This document shows positions 26,893 through 37,668 of a stretch of 64,000 bases of DNA, in pieces. This stretch comes from a virus. Its lineage: Duplodnaviria; Caudoviricetes. Position numbers and translations under genes: made by a program. Under the pieces are notes generated by a model. That model made no database searches. It was not told where the DNA came from and saw only the letters and a list, made by a program, of their open reading frames with translations. Where the stretch lies: IMG/VR virus record IMGVR_UViG_3300025121_000014, positions 32,001 through 96,000 of that record; one strand, written 5' to 3'. The stretch's first letter is position 1, and every line of letters begins with the position of its first letter.

Positions 26893-27792
26893 AATAGAGA
26901 TTTTTGATAATTTATCTTTAATATTTTCATTATACCGGATTCTAATTAATTTAATATCATTATTTTTACAATAATCAGTTTTAATTTTATCATTTATTTT
27001 TAATTTCTTAAATGTTTTTAAACCACCAAAGAATTCTATAGGTTTGAAATGTTGTAATCCATCAAATTCTATACATAAATTATTTTCTGGTAAATAAAAA
27101 TCAAAAGGTAAAACATTTATATTTCTACAATTATTAAATGTTTTTTGAACTTCATACTTTATATTGTTTTTTTCTAATAATAATTTTATTTTTAATTCAC
27201 CTATAGATTTTTGACAATCTGGGCATCCATGATTATTTAAATGTTTTGTTGGTTTTTGTTCAAATTCACCGTGTTCTGGGCATATAATTTTAATTTTAGT
27301 TATAATATTTATGTAATTAACTAACGAATAGTCATATTTAAATCCTTGTTTTTCGTTAGCTTTTTTTATAAACGATTTAGTATCATATTTACCAACTCCA
27401 CCGCAATCAGGACAACCATTACCATTTAAATGTGAATTTGATATTTGTTCAAATATACCATGAATAGGACATATAATTTTAAGTTTGGTATGATTATTTT
27501 TATGTTCTTTTATTAATGAATAATCATATTTATTACCATGAATTTCTTTAGCTTTTTTTATAAATACTTTTTTAGTTAATGCTAATTTACTTGCTTTATA
27601 TTTTATTGCACATTTTGGACAACCTTGACCACCTATATGACATTGTGCTTTTTGTTCAAAACTTCCATGTATAGAACAAATAACAATTATTTTTGTTCTC
27701 ATATTAATATATTTTGTTAAATCATAATTGTATTTATTATTGTGGATCTTAGAACATTTGTAAATAAAATCTATTTCATTTAATCTTTTCAT
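26887..27792 (-). CDS. Homing-type endonuclease with three DUF723-like repeats and a PD-(D/E)xK domain
   Basis: Three YxYxx...IICPxHGxFEQ...H...GCPxC repeats, then LPFDFYLP...IEFDGLQH. Likely start is ATG 27792. It lies antisense within the structural module. Confidence 0.8.
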   Translation of the reverse strand: MKRLNEIDFIYKCSKIHNNKYNYDLTKYINMRTKIIVICSIHGSFEQKAQCHIGGQGCPKCAIKYKASKLALTKKVFIKKAKEIHGNKYDYSLIKEHKNNHTKLKIICPIHGIFEQISNSHLNGNGCPDCGGVGKYDTKSFIKKANEKQGFKYDYSLVNYINIITKIKIICPEHGEFEQKPTKHLNNHGCPDCQKSIGELKIKLLLEKNNIKYEVQKTFNNCRNINVLPFDFYLPENNLCIEFDGLQHFKPIEFFGGLKTFKKLKINDKIKTDYCKNNDIKLIRIRYNENIKDKLSKISIL

Positions 27793-27846
27793 ATATTGAA
27801 AATTAATTTTAATATATAAGTATATATTAAAAAATAAAATGTAAAT

Positions 27847-29565
27847 ATGTACATCCAACCAAACAAAATGTTAAGTAATTCATCAAGAGTAATTAGACCA
27901 TTTAAATGTAGCTTTTTAGCAACAGAAGGACCAAACATTTTAGGAAAAATAGATTTAGCAAATATAAATATTTTATATGAATCTCAAGCAACTGCTAGAA
28001 TGATATTAAATCCACAATCTGTAAATCAACCAATTTTATATGGTAGTTTAGGAAATAATGTTACTTTTATATTATTAAAAATTACTTATGATGAAACTGA
28101 TCCAAAATGTCAAATTGAAGAAGAACAATATATTAGTTATTGGATGGAAGGTGAACCAAATATTATTAGATATGCACATAAATTATTATTATTAACTGGA
28201 AATTCTACAAATAGAGTTCCTCAAATATATTTAAATAACCCTTCTGACTATACTATTTATATAGATGTTCTAATGGCTAATTTAACACAATCTGATATTT
28301 CATTTGAAGATGTTACTAATGAAATTGTTAATATTACTGGACTTTATTTTAGTAATGTTATTTCAGATACATTTTGGAATACTGGAGAAAGTATTAGTGG
28401 TTCTACAATGTTTACAATTACTGATATTACTGATGAAATACAAGTTAGTATACCATATACTGATATTCTTACATATACATTAGATACTACTAATTTTGAT
28501 ATATTAATTACAACTACTGGTAAAACTATAACATTAGATTTCTTATCAGAATTTGAAATGTATCAAGCACATAGTAGAATATTATGGGTACAAGATAATC
28601 CAACAATTAGATATTTAACATCTACTGAACCTACATTGGATTTAATACCACCTGTATTTACTATGAATAGTGGTGCTACACCTACTACTCCTAGTGGAAG
28701 TACTTATGTATTTCCAGTAACTAGGGATGGTAGTGGTAATGTTAATATATCATCATCAACAGTATTATACTGGTTTATCAGTGGAATTACAGATAATAGA
28801 GATGGTATTTTAGCTATATCTGACGCAACAATACAAATAAGAGAATCTGGGTTGGTTTTACCATTAACTGAAATAATTGAAACTGGTACATATGATATAA
28901 TAGTTTATATAAGTGATAACGCAACAAATAAAACATTAGAAAATTATATAATTTTAGTAGATGATATTGGACCAATTATTACATTTACAAGTAAAGGTAG
29001 TGGTGTAACATTTGATATGACTATTCCAGATGATACACAAATACCAGCATCTGGTATAACTATTGATGATATTATTAGAGAAACAATTGATTCAGTATAT
29101 GATGCAGTAGATGGTACAATACCAAATTCTTCTGTTAGTATAATTATATCAGGTGATACAGGTATAACATATGTATTTGAACCTGGTCAATATAGTATAA
29201 ATTATTCTGTTACTGATGCTTCTAATAATACAACAACATATGATAAGACTATGGTAGTAACAGGTTCTATTGTAATAAATAGTGGAGAAACTTATACATT
29301 AGGTATGGCTATTACTGGTACGTCATTTATATTTAATGCACCTAATACTGGTGATACTGCTACTATAATAATAAGTGGAGAAACTAATGTAATTGCATCT
29401 AACTCTGGTGGAAGTTTTGTTTGGGATTTAGGTGGACTATATGAATATACATTTACTACAGAAACTGAATCTACAAGTGTTACAATCCAAGGTTCCGATT
29501 ATACTATTACATATGATGGATCAGGAGTTGATACATTATTATTTACAATTGATAAATTAACATAA
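27847..29565 (+). CDS. Putative virion structural protein with Ig-like C-terminal repeats
   Basis: Paralogue of 23703-25100. Contains DxxxPxxT...DxxDG...YSVTDASNN Ig-like patterns. Confidence 0.7.
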   Translation: MYIQPNKMLSNSSRVIRPFKCSFLATEGPNILGKIDLANINILYESQATARMILNPQSVNQPILYGSLGNNVTFILLKITYDETDPKCQIEEEQYISYWMEGEPNIIRYAHKLLLLTGNSTNRVPQIYLNNPSDYTIYIDVLMANLTQSDISFEDVTNEIVNITGLYFSNVISDTFWNTGESISGSTMFTITDITDEIQVSIPYTDILTYTLDTTNFDILITTTGKTITLDFLSEFEMYQAHSRILWVQDNPTIRYLTSTEPTLDLIPPVFTMNSGATPTTPSGSTYVFPVTRDGSGNVNISSSTVLYWFISGITDNRDGILAISDATIQIRESGLVLPLTEIIETGTYDIIVYISDNATNKTLENYIILVDDIGPIITFTSKGSGVTFDMTIPDDTQIPASGITIDDIIRETIDSVYDAVDGTIPNSSVSIIISGDTGITYVFEPGQYSINYSVTDASNNTTTYDKTMVVTGSIVINSGETYTLGMAITGTSFIFNAPNTGDTATIIISGETNVIASNSGGSFVWDLGGLYEYTFTTETESTSVTIQGSDYTITYDGSGVDTLLFTIDKLT

Positions 29566-29588
29566 AAATAATTTTATTCTTATAAAAT

Positions 29589-29621
29589 GTGTATTTTTTT
29601 AATAAAAGTACACTTTTTTTT
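29589..29621 (+). terminator. Intrinsic terminator
   Basis: gtgtattttt...aaaagtacac stem followed by a T run. Confidence 0.55.
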
Positions 29622-29672
29622 ATTTTAGACCACATTTATATAATATATAAATAAAAAACAAATTAAAAAATT

Positions 29673-30137
29673 ATGAAAAATAGAAATTTATACGAATATC
29701 TTGAAGCATTAAATTCTGTATCAGAATTAAAAGGGGTGAAATTCGCATTTACTGTTATTAAAAATAAAAAGAAATTGGAAGAGGAATTAAAAAATTTAGA
29801 AGAAGCAATTAAAGCATCAGAAGAATTTACATCATACGAAAATCAAAGAATTCAATTATGTAATGTACATAGTGAAAAAGATGATAATGGACAACCAATT
29901 ATAGAAAATAATAGATTTAAAATAATAGATTTAAATAAATTTGATGAAGAATTAAATTCATTAAAAGCAAATTATTTAGAAATTATTTCAGATAGAGAAA
30001 AACAAATTAATGAATATAATCAGTTATTAAATGAAGATTGTTCTTTAGTTTTATCTAAATTAAATTTTGAAGATTTACCACAAGAAATTACGACACAACA
30101 ATTAGAAACAATTGATTTCATGATTAATTTTGATTAA
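29673..30137 (+). CDS. Acidic coiled-coil hypothetical protein
   Basis: 154 aa, E/K/N-rich, flanked by a promoter-like motif and a terminator. Confidence 0.75.
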   Translation: MKNRNLYEYLEALNSVSELKGVKFAFTVIKNKKKLEEELKNLEEAIKASEEFTSYENQRIQLCNVHSEKDDNGQPIIENNRFKIIDLNKFDEELNSLKANYLEIISDREKQINEYNQLLNEDCSLVLSKLNFEDLPQEITTQQLETIDFMINFD

Positions 30138-30160
30138 CACCTATTTTGAAAAAATTTATA

Positions 30161-30194
30161 AAAAAGACTAATTTTAAAATTAGTCTTTTTTTTT
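30161..30194. terminator. Intrinsic terminator (perfect palindrome)
   Basis: aaaaagactaatttt|aaaattagtcttttt followed by additional T. Confidence 0.75.
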
Positions 30195-30246
30195 ATTTTT
30201 TAATTTGTAATTTTTAATATATAAAGAAAAATATATAATAATTACA

Positions 30247-31149
30247 ATGGGTAATTTATCAGCAACCGAACAACAAAAATTATCATATTTTCATGCATTA
30301 AGCAAAAGTTTAACAGAAGCTACGCAAAATGTATATGAAAGTAAATATAAATCATCACATAATGTTTCATTAAATGATGTATGGAATAGTTCTATTAATC
30401 CTGCATTTACTTATACAGATGCTATAACAGAAGCAAGTGCTAATTACGCAGTTACTGCTTTTGTTCAAGTAGAATTAGATATGATTTATGGATCAAATGG
30501 ACAAGCATATACTTATATATCTGGTGGTACATTTAAAGATAATTCTTATCCAGTTGAACAAAGAGGTCAAGTTACAACAGGTGGTAAATTTATTAGACCT
30601 TGGATTTCTCCAGTTGATGTACCAGAAGCATTAACAAATGAACCTAGTTATGGTTTTCAATTAAGATTATTTCAAGGGAATGGTACAGAAATATATCAAA
30701 CACAAGGTGCTTGGACAGTAGATTATTATTCTGGAATAATTCATTTTTCAGAAGGTTATACACCTACTAATATGGGATGGGGTAGTATTAAAGCTACTTT
30801 TTTCCAATATACAGGAAATTATGGTGTATCTGTTTTAAATGATGGAAAATTATCAGGTGCAAATATTGGAATGACAGCAAGAAATACATCAGTAGTAGCA
30901 CCAAAAGCAACTGATATAAAATTATTACAATCTAATGTAACAGGTTCAGCAGTAAATGTTTATGTTAATGGTGTACAAATGTTAATAGGAACAGATTGTT
31001 ATTTTTCAGCAGATGGATTTACAGAGAAAACACCTGGTCAAGAAGCAATAAATGATAGTTTATATTGGAAATATACTGGTTCTATTCCAAATGCAGGATT
31101 TGAATTAACAACTTCTGATAAAATTTCATTTGTTTATATTAATAAATAA
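30247..31149 (+). CDS. Putative virion structural protein
   Basis: 300 aa. GxWxVDxxSGxxxF...FxxYxGxxG segment is shared with 32907. Confidence 0.7.
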   Translation: MGNLSATEQQKLSYFHALSKSLTEATQNVYESKYKSSHNVSLNDVWNSSINPAFTYTDAITEASANYAVTAFVQVELDMIYGSNGQAYTYISGGTFKDNSYPVEQRGQVTTGGKFIRPWISPVDVPEALTNEPSYGFQLRLFQGNGTEIYQTQGAWTVDYYSGIIHFSEGYTPTNMGWGSIKATFFQYTGNYGVSVLNDGKLSGANIGMTARNTSVVAPKATDIKLLQSNVTGSAVNVYVNGVQMLIGTDCYFSADGFTEKTPGQEAINDSLYWKYTGSIPNAGFELTTSDKISFVYINK

Positions 31150-31206
31150 GAATTGAAATGAAATATTTATATATAATAAAAAAAGACAAAAAATAATTAA
31201 AACAAA

Positions 31207-32880
31207 ATGCCAAAAATTCAAGGAAAACAAATAGCAGATAAAACAATAGATCAAGCAAATATATTATTGACTACACCAACGATAACTGATACGTTATCAG
31301 CAGTAACAGTAGAATATGTAACTACTGCTATATCAGCAGTTACTAGTACAAGTGGTATACTTGGTATACCTACTGACGGTTCATATTCTGATGGTATATT
31401 TACTGATTGGACTAGTGGTACAACAGTTGCTAATATGGCTGATGCTGTTAACGAAATGCTTTTATTATTGGCACCTTCACCTCCTTTAACAAGTTGGGAT
31501 AATGTTTTTAGTAATTTAAATATTGGTGGTACTTTATACGAAAGTATGAAAATAGCTGGTGGAACAACAACAACAACATCTTCTATAACAACAAATACTA
31601 CACCCGATATATCAGTTAGTGTTATTAGTTTAACAGGATCAGCAGCAAGATCAAGAGATGGTGGTATTTTTACTCTAAGTGATACTGTTCATAGTACCAT
31701 AGAAACAGTAACTTTAACAACAAGTTCTGTTACTAAATCTAGTGGATGGATTAGATATACAATAGCTGATCCATATTATGGGATAGCAGGTCAAGCTGGT
31801 TTTTGGACGGGTGTTACCGCATTCAGTTTAACTGATAGTACAAGTGCATTTACACCAAGTGCTACTTTAAGAACACTAACTTTTGCTCATCCTGGTACAG
31901 ATACACCAGAAACAAAAAGTTTTTATGTAGATGAAGTTGCAAGTACAGTAGTAGTAACAACTAATAGTGAAACTATGCCTACTATGTCATCTTATATATC
32001 AGGTATTCCAACTTTATCATATGGACAAAGTATTACAAATGTTGATTTTGATATTGCAGGAGCAGTTAAATGGTTTTATAATCCTACTATATGGAAAATA
32101 AATGGATCATATGTAGTAGATACTGGATGGTCTGTACCAACAGGTGTTCCAGCAGCAAATGTAACATATAATGAAACAGGCGCATCTGTAAATATTGCAA
32201 ATAATGTATTTAATGATAATAGTTTTTCGTATACTTTAAATGGAAGAAATATACAGGGAACATCTGATACAGATGTAGTTACAAAATCTACATATAGAAT
32301 TGATACAAAATCTGTTGAAACTAGTAGAAAATTATCTGGTACAGGTCCATTTCCTACAACTGCTTTATCTAATTATTATTATGGTACTTGGGTATCTTCA
32401 TCAGATTTAACCACAGGAGATTGGGTTAGAGAATTAATGATGAAAGAAGGAAAATATCAATGGCCAGGTAGTATTGATTATTCCGCTTATGGAGGACCTA
32501 ATTATTTATCTGTTACTGGTGGTGACACACATGTAGATTCACTTAATTATAGATGGGCTTGTTTTAGTGTTGGTTCAGTATCAAATGATACTAATTTTAC
32601 ATTTACTATAAATGGTGTAGAAAATTTTGGTTCAACAAATATAATAACTGGTATAAAATTATATGTAAGAGTAGTTGGTGCAACTGGTACAGCCTGGTTA
32701 GATGCTAATGCTGCTTGGGGTGGTGCTACTGGTGATAGTGATGGAGATGCTATGTTGGTGTTTGGTGAATCAACAGTAACAACAAGAAAAGTTACATTTG
32801 GATCAGTTAGAACAGGTACAGTATATGTTAGAATCGGTTTACAATCAGGTAGTACAAAGAAATTTACAAGTATAAGTTAA
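31207..32880 (+). CDS. S/T/G-rich putative virion structural protein
   Basis: 557 aa. MPKIQGKQI N-terminus, beta-rich composition. Confidence 0.7.
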   Translation: MPKIQGKQIADKTIDQANILLTTPTITDTLSAVTVEYVTTAISAVTSTSGILGIPTDGSYSDGIFTDWTSGTTVANMADAVNEMLLLLAPSPPLTSWDNVFSNLNIGGTLYESMKIAGGTTTTTSSITTNTTPDISVSVISLTGSAARSRDGGIFTLSDTVHSTIETVTLTTSSVTKSSGWIRYTIADPYYGIAGQAGFWTGVTAFSLTDSTSAFTPSATLRTLTFAHPGTDTPETKSFYVDEVASTVVVTTNSETMPTMSSYISGIPTLSYGQSITNVDFDIAGAVKWFYNPTIWKINGSYVVDTGWSVPTGVPAANVTYNETGASVNIANNVFNDNSFSYTLNGRNIQGTSDTDVVTKSTYRIDTKSVETSRKLSGTGPFPTTALSNYYYGTWVSSSDLTTGDWVRELMMKEGKYQWPGSIDYSAYGGPNYLSVTGGDTHVDSLNYRWACFSVGSVSNDTNFTFTINGVENFGSTNIITGIKLYVRVVGATGTAWLDANAAWGGATGDSDGDAMLVFGESTVTTRKVTFGSVRTGTVYVRIGLQSGSTKKFTSIS

Positions 32881-32906
32881 TAAAAAATAAAAAATAATAA
32901 AATAAA

Positions 32907-34946
32907 ATGGCAATATCAGAACAACAAATAGCGGAAAAATTATATAAAAAGTTAATAGGAGTAGCTGACACCGAATATCCATTAACAACTAGAAATTTTA
33001 ATGAAGAACCGTATCAAAGTTATTATAAAGTATTACCTGATCAAATATGGGCTCAGGCTGATAGTATTCCTAACACTGCACCAGTATTAGGAGATTTGGT
33101 AACATTAGGAGTAGTAAAATATTTCGATTTATTACAATTAAATGGTATTTCTGGTTCAGATGTTGGTTTCTATCATGATGATTTAAAAGATGCCATTCCA
33201 TTTAATTATGGTGATGGTACTTCATATTTTTATTCGTTATTTGCTAGTGATGGAACAACACCTATTTATTTCGGTGATGGTGATTGGATTGTTGATGTAG
33301 AATCTGGTGTCTTGACATTTTATAGTACTCCTAGTGTTACTGTTGGTTATTCTTCTCCACCTAGAATTCGATTTTATAAATATGTGGGTACAAAAGGTTT
33401 ATCAAGTGGAAGTACATCTGGAACAGGTGCAGCCATTACTGTTAAAGATCCCGTTACATTAGCATCTACAGTTAATATTACTGGTTATACGAATGGTAAT
33501 AGTGGGTTTACTTATTTACCAGAAACTATTGATGGTATAAGTACTTCTACTTTACCAGAAGCAGGTAGAATATTATTAAAAAATCAATCAAATTTACAAC
33601 AAAATGGTATTTTTCAAATATCAGGTACAACTTTAATAAGAGCAACTGATTCTGATGCAACTAGTGGAGAAACATCTATAAACGATTATGTTTTTGTTTT
33701 GTCTGGTGATACTCTTACAGCATCATCTTGGATATTGGCAACAACAACAGCAGTTGATATAACTGACATTAATCCATATGTAGATGAACAAACTTGGAAA
33801 TTATTTTCTAGTGGTGTTCAATATACAGCAGATGGAAATGCATTAAAATTATTAGGTAATCAATTTTATGTTGAATTGGATGAAGTAACATTAGGAGATT
33901 CTGGTTTACAACAAGGTGTGGATGGATTAAAAATTGAAACATCTATATTATCTGACATAAATACCATACCAGATTTAACAAGTGATATATTAGTGGTAAG
34001 TGGTTATACAACAGCTTTAAGTGGTTGGACTGGAAACTTATCAGCCGATATTGTTACATTAAGTGGTTGGTCAGGTAATTTAGCATCAAGTATATCAACT
34101 AATATTACTAACATATCTAATTTAAGTGGATGGACAGGTTCTATAGAAAGTAGAGTTACTATTAATGAAAATGATATTACAAGTAATGATTCTGATATTG
34201 CAGAATTAAGTGGATGGACAGGAAATTTAGCATCTAATATCGTTTCTTTAAGTGGATGGACAGGTTCTATTAATACACAAGTAGAAACTAATGTTATAGA
34301 TATTGCTGCTTTAAGTGGATGGACAGGAAATTTAGCATCTAATATTATTTCTTTAAGTGGATGGTCTAGTGTTTTAGCGGCAGATATTATTATTAATGCA
34401 AATAATATTTCATCTAATACTGGTTCTATTAATACAAATATTACAAACATATCTAATTTAAGTGGATGGACAGGTTCTATAGAAAGTAGAGTTACTATTA
34501 ATGAAAGTGATATTCTAGAATTAAGTGGTGCAACAGTAGATTTAAGTGGTGTAGCAGGTTCTGGTTTAACATATACATCAGGTGATGCAAAATTAAATGT
34601 AAAAGTAGACGATTGGACAATTAAAATAACAACTAATTCAGGACTAACAACACCTATTATATGGATGCAAGTAACTAGTAGTGCTACTATATCGGGTGTA
34701 GCAGGTTCAACAGGTATAGCATTAAATTATGATCCAGTTGGTTTTGTATCAGCTTATATAAATGGTATAGAATATAGAGTGAATCCTACAACAGCATCTA
34801 GTACTACTAATATACCATTTTATTTCGATACTGGTATTCCAGCACAAGGAAGCATATTATGGTTTAATCCAGTCGAAGCAGGATTTGATGTAGTAGCAGG
34901 AACAGATTATATTGTAATAAAATATAGTTATTTAATGGATTTATAA
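32907..34946 (+). CDS. Tail-fibre-like protein with an LSGW(T/S)G repeat shaft
   Basis: VKDPVTLASTVNI...GRILLKNQ...NGIF fibre motif. About 10 LSGWxG repeats, with an exact 61-bp repeat at 34110-34170 and 34446-34506. Confidence 0.75.
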   Translation: MAISEQQIAEKLYKKLIGVADTEYPLTTRNFNEEPYQSYYKVLPDQIWAQADSIPNTAPVLGDLVTLGVVKYFDLLQLNGISGSDVGFYHDDLKDAIPFNYGDGTSYFYSLFASDGTTPIYFGDGDWIVDVESGVLTFYSTPSVTVGYSSPPRIRFYKYVGTKGLSSGSTSGTGAAITVKDPVTLASTVNITGYTNGNSGFTYLPETIDGISTSTLPEAGRILLKNQSNLQQNGIFQISGTTLIRATDSDATSGETSINDYVFVLSGDTLTASSWILATTTAVDITDINPYVDEQTWKLFSSGVQYTADGNALKLLGNQFYVELDEVTLGDSGLQQGVDGLKIETSILSDINTIPDLTSDILVVSGYTTALSGWTGNLSADIVTLSGWSGNLASSISTNITNISNLSGWTGSIESRVTINENDITSNDSDIAELSGWTGNLASNIVSLSGWTGSINTQVETNVIDIAALSGWTGNLASNIISLSGWSSVLAADIIINANNISSNTGSINTNITNISNLSGWTGSIESRVTINESDILELSGATVDLSGVAGSGLTYTSGDAKLNVKVDDWTIKITTNSGLTTPIIWMQVTSSATISGVAGSTGIALNYDPVGFVSAYINGIEYRVNPTTASSTTNIPFYFDTGIPAQGSILWFNPVEAGFDVVAGTDYIVIKYSYLMDL

Positions 34947-34964
34947 TTAAATATTAACATTTTT

Positions 34965-34997
34965 AAAAAAGGGAAGATTAATCTTCCCTTTTTTTTT
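34965..34997. terminator. Intrinsic terminator (perfect palindrome)
   Basis: aaaaaagggaagatt|aatcttccctttttt followed by T. Confidence 0.8.
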
Positions 34998-35046
34998 AAA
35001 TAAAACCCTACTTAAATAATATATAAATTAAAATTTAAAACTAATT

Positions 35047-36144
35047 ATGAATGTTGCGATAACTTTTGGTGTAACAAACCCTAATTTTAGTGTTTGGAGT
35101 AGTGGTGCATTACAAAATGTATTTTTCTTATACATGATATTAAAAAATATTAAAGATATTAATGTTTATCTTGTTAATTTTGGTATTCCAATTGATGAAC
35201 TTAATGGAGATGAAATATTTAATATAAATGAATTCGAATTCACAAAATGGGATGATATTAAAAATAAAGTAGATTTATTTATAGAAGCAGGAATAAAAAT
35301 TAATGTAGAAATAACTAAAGAATTAAGGTTACGTGGAACTAAAATTGTTATGTATCGTATAGGAAATGCTTATATTTTAGATAATGAAGATATTCTTTTT
35401 AATCCATCTAATAACGAAATTTATAGTGATATTTATGATGAAATCTGGACATTACCACATCACGAAAAAACAAGTAAATTTTATTTAGAAGAAATTTATA
35501 AATGTCCTGTTAAAATATTACCTATGATATGGGATACATATTTCATCGATAAATATAATTTAAGTTTAAAAGAAAATGGTATGAATCCTTTTTTCAAATT
35601 TGAAGGATGGATAAAAAATAAAAAAAATATAACTATTTTTGAACCAAATATAAATGCAATTAAAACATCTATTTATCCAATGTTAATTGTAGAAAGGGCT
35701 TATAATAAAAGACCTGAATTATTTGGAAAAGTTAGAGTATTAAACTCTATGAAATATAATCAAAATAAAAAATTTGTTTCCTTAGTAAATAAATTAAATA
35801 TTAAAAGATATGGCATAGCCACATTTGAAGATAGATTTAATACACCATATATTTTATCTAAATATACTGATATTGTAGTTTCTACACAATGGGAAAATGA
35901 ATTAAATTATTTATATTTTGATGTTCTTTATAATAAATATCCATTAATTCATAATTCACCAAGAATTAAAAAAGCAGGATATTATTATAAAGATTTTGAT
36001 ATCGAAACAGCAAGTGACCAATTAATTAAATGCATTATAAAAGATGATAGTAAATTAAACGAAAGACGAACTAATAATTTATTAGAAGAATTCTCTATTT
36101 ATAATATTGAAAATATAACTGCTTATGAACTACTACTACACTAA
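35047..36144 (+). CDS. DUF2827-like (GT-B glycosyltransferase-like) protein
   Basis: IFEPNINAIK...YP, VVSTQWENELNYLYFDVLY...PLIHNS...GYYY. The last 5 codons come from the IS right end. Confidence 0.7.
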   Translation: MNVAITFGVTNPNFSVWSSGALQNVFFLYMILKNIKDINVYLVNFGIPIDELNGDEIFNINEFEFTKWDDIKNKVDLFIEAGIKINVEITKELRLRGTKIVMYRIGNAYILDNEDILFNPSNNEIYSDIYDEIWTLPHHEKTSKFYLEEIYKCPVKILPMIWDTYFIDKYNLSLKENGMNPFFKFEGWIKNKKNITIFEPNINAIKTSIYPMLIVERAYNKRPELFGKVRVLNSMKYNQNKKFVSLVNKLNIKRYGIATFEDRFNTPYILSKYTDIVVSTQWENELNYLYFDVLYNKYPLIHNSPRIKKAGYYYKDFDIETASDQLIKCIIKDDSKLNERRTNNLLEEFSIYNIENITAYELLLH

Positions 36145-37508
36145 AGATGTAGTAGTTTCTGGAACATAATGTTCCTTCTCTTTAAGCGTTTCACAGATTA
36201 CGCCAGATTTCTCTAGTCTTATTTGGTCTCCGCGCTCGTAATCAGTCGTTCCAACTGATATATTTATTCTATATCCTTCGTTGAGAATATTAGTTGCTGC
36301 GTTAAAATCTCTATCGTGTTTTTCACCACATTTGGAACAAATCCAATATCTATCTTTGATTGTTAAATTATTGTTTATCCAACCACATTTAGAACAGGTT
36401 TTAGATGAAGGAAAGAACCTATCTATATGAACTACAGATTTATCATTCCATAATGATTTGTAATCTAAAACTTGAACGAATGTTCCCCAACTAACATCAC
36501 TAATTGCTTTTGATAGTTTATGATTTTTCATCATTCCTTTTATATTTAAGTCCTCCAAGTAAATTGTATCAAATTGTTTGATTAAATTAATGGTTGTTTT
36601 TTGTATTAAATCCATTCGTGAGTTAGTAATTTTTTCGTGTATTCTTGCTATTTTAATTCTTTGTTTTTCATAACGAACTGATTTAATGGTCTTTCGTGAT
36701 AGATATTGTTGATTTAATTTTAAAATCCTTTCGTAATGTTTTAGAAATCTATGGTTCTTGATTTTCGTTCCATTAGACAACACTAAAAAATCTTTTATTC
36801 CTAAATCTATTCCTACTGATAATCCTGTTTTATTAACTGAATTGTATTCCATTTCAGTTAAAATCGAAACAAAGTATTTTCCAGTAGGTTTTTTTAATAT
36901 AGAACAATGTTTGATTGTTCCTTTTATTTTTCTTTCCATTATCATTTCAATACCATTTCTAAACTTTGGTATGATTAGTTTATCTTTCTTTACTGAAACA
37001 AATTGGGGTATAGTAAATGAATTTTTCGATTTCCTTGATTTAAACTTTGGAAATTGTGTTCTTTTTTTAAAAAAACCATCATAAGCAGTATCTAAACAAT
37101 TTAAAGAAAATTGAAGTGTCTGTGAGTTTATTTCCTTCAACCATTTCTTATCATCGATTTTTTTTAATTGTGTTAGTTCTTTTGATTGGTCATAATAATT
37201 TAAAGTTTTCTTATTGTTTAAATATTCATCTTTTCTTTGATTTAAAAAATAATTATATACGAACCTCACTGAACCAAAGTGTTTATTCAATAACACTTGC
37301 TGTTCTTGTGTTGGTTCTAATCTAAACTTATATGTATATTTAATTGTTTTCATCTGTTTTTATGTTAAATTTTATTCTAACATAACTATATATAATTAAA
37401 AATATATTACTTTTTTCCATTTTTAAAAATGGTTTAAAATAATTAAAGAGTTAGGTGTCAAATTCATCCATTAAACTGAAGATTTAACGGTTTTCTTTGA
37501 CAGATTAA
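36125..37508 (-). mobile_element. IS200/IS605-family TnpB-only element, 1384 bp
   Basis: TTTAT target at 37509-37513 (minus strand). Left end gtcaaagaaaaccgttaaatcttcagtttaatggatgaatttgac; right end gaaactactacatctttagtgtagtagtagttcat. Confidence 0.85.
36136..37353 (-). CDS. tnpB: TnpB RNA-guided endonuclease
   Basis: YTYKFRLEP, GIDLG, IYLEDL, CSKCG...CSKCG and HDRDFNAA. Confidence 0.95.
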   Translation of the reverse strand: MKTIKYTYKFRLEPTQEQQVLLNKHFGSVRFVYNYFLNQRKDEYLNNKKTLNYYDQSKELTQLKKIDDKKWLKEINSQTLQFSLNCLDTAYDGFFKKRTQFPKFKSRKSKNSFTIPQFVSVKKDKLIIPKFRNGIEMIMERKIKGTIKHCSILKKPTGKYFVSILTEMEYNSVNKTGLSVGIDLGIKDFLVLSNGTKIKNHRFLKHYERILKLNQQYLSRKTIKSVRYEKQRIKIARIHEKITNSRMDLIQKTTINLIKQFDTIYLEDLNIKGMMKNHKLSKAISDVSWGTFVQVLDYKSLWNDKSVVHIDRFFPSSKTCSKCGWINNNLTIKDRYWICSKCGEKHDRDFNAATNILNEGYRINISVGTTDYERGDQIRLEKSGVICETLKEKEHYVPETTTSLV

Positions 37509-37668
37509 ATAAATATTTATAAAATGTTGATTGTATATTTTTTACATATAATTCATCGTATTTAATTCCCATTACAATATATTTCTCTATTAACATAATT
37601 AATTATTTTTATTTAATTATTGTATATTTTTTTCGGTTAATAATTTTTAATATATAATAAAAAAATAG

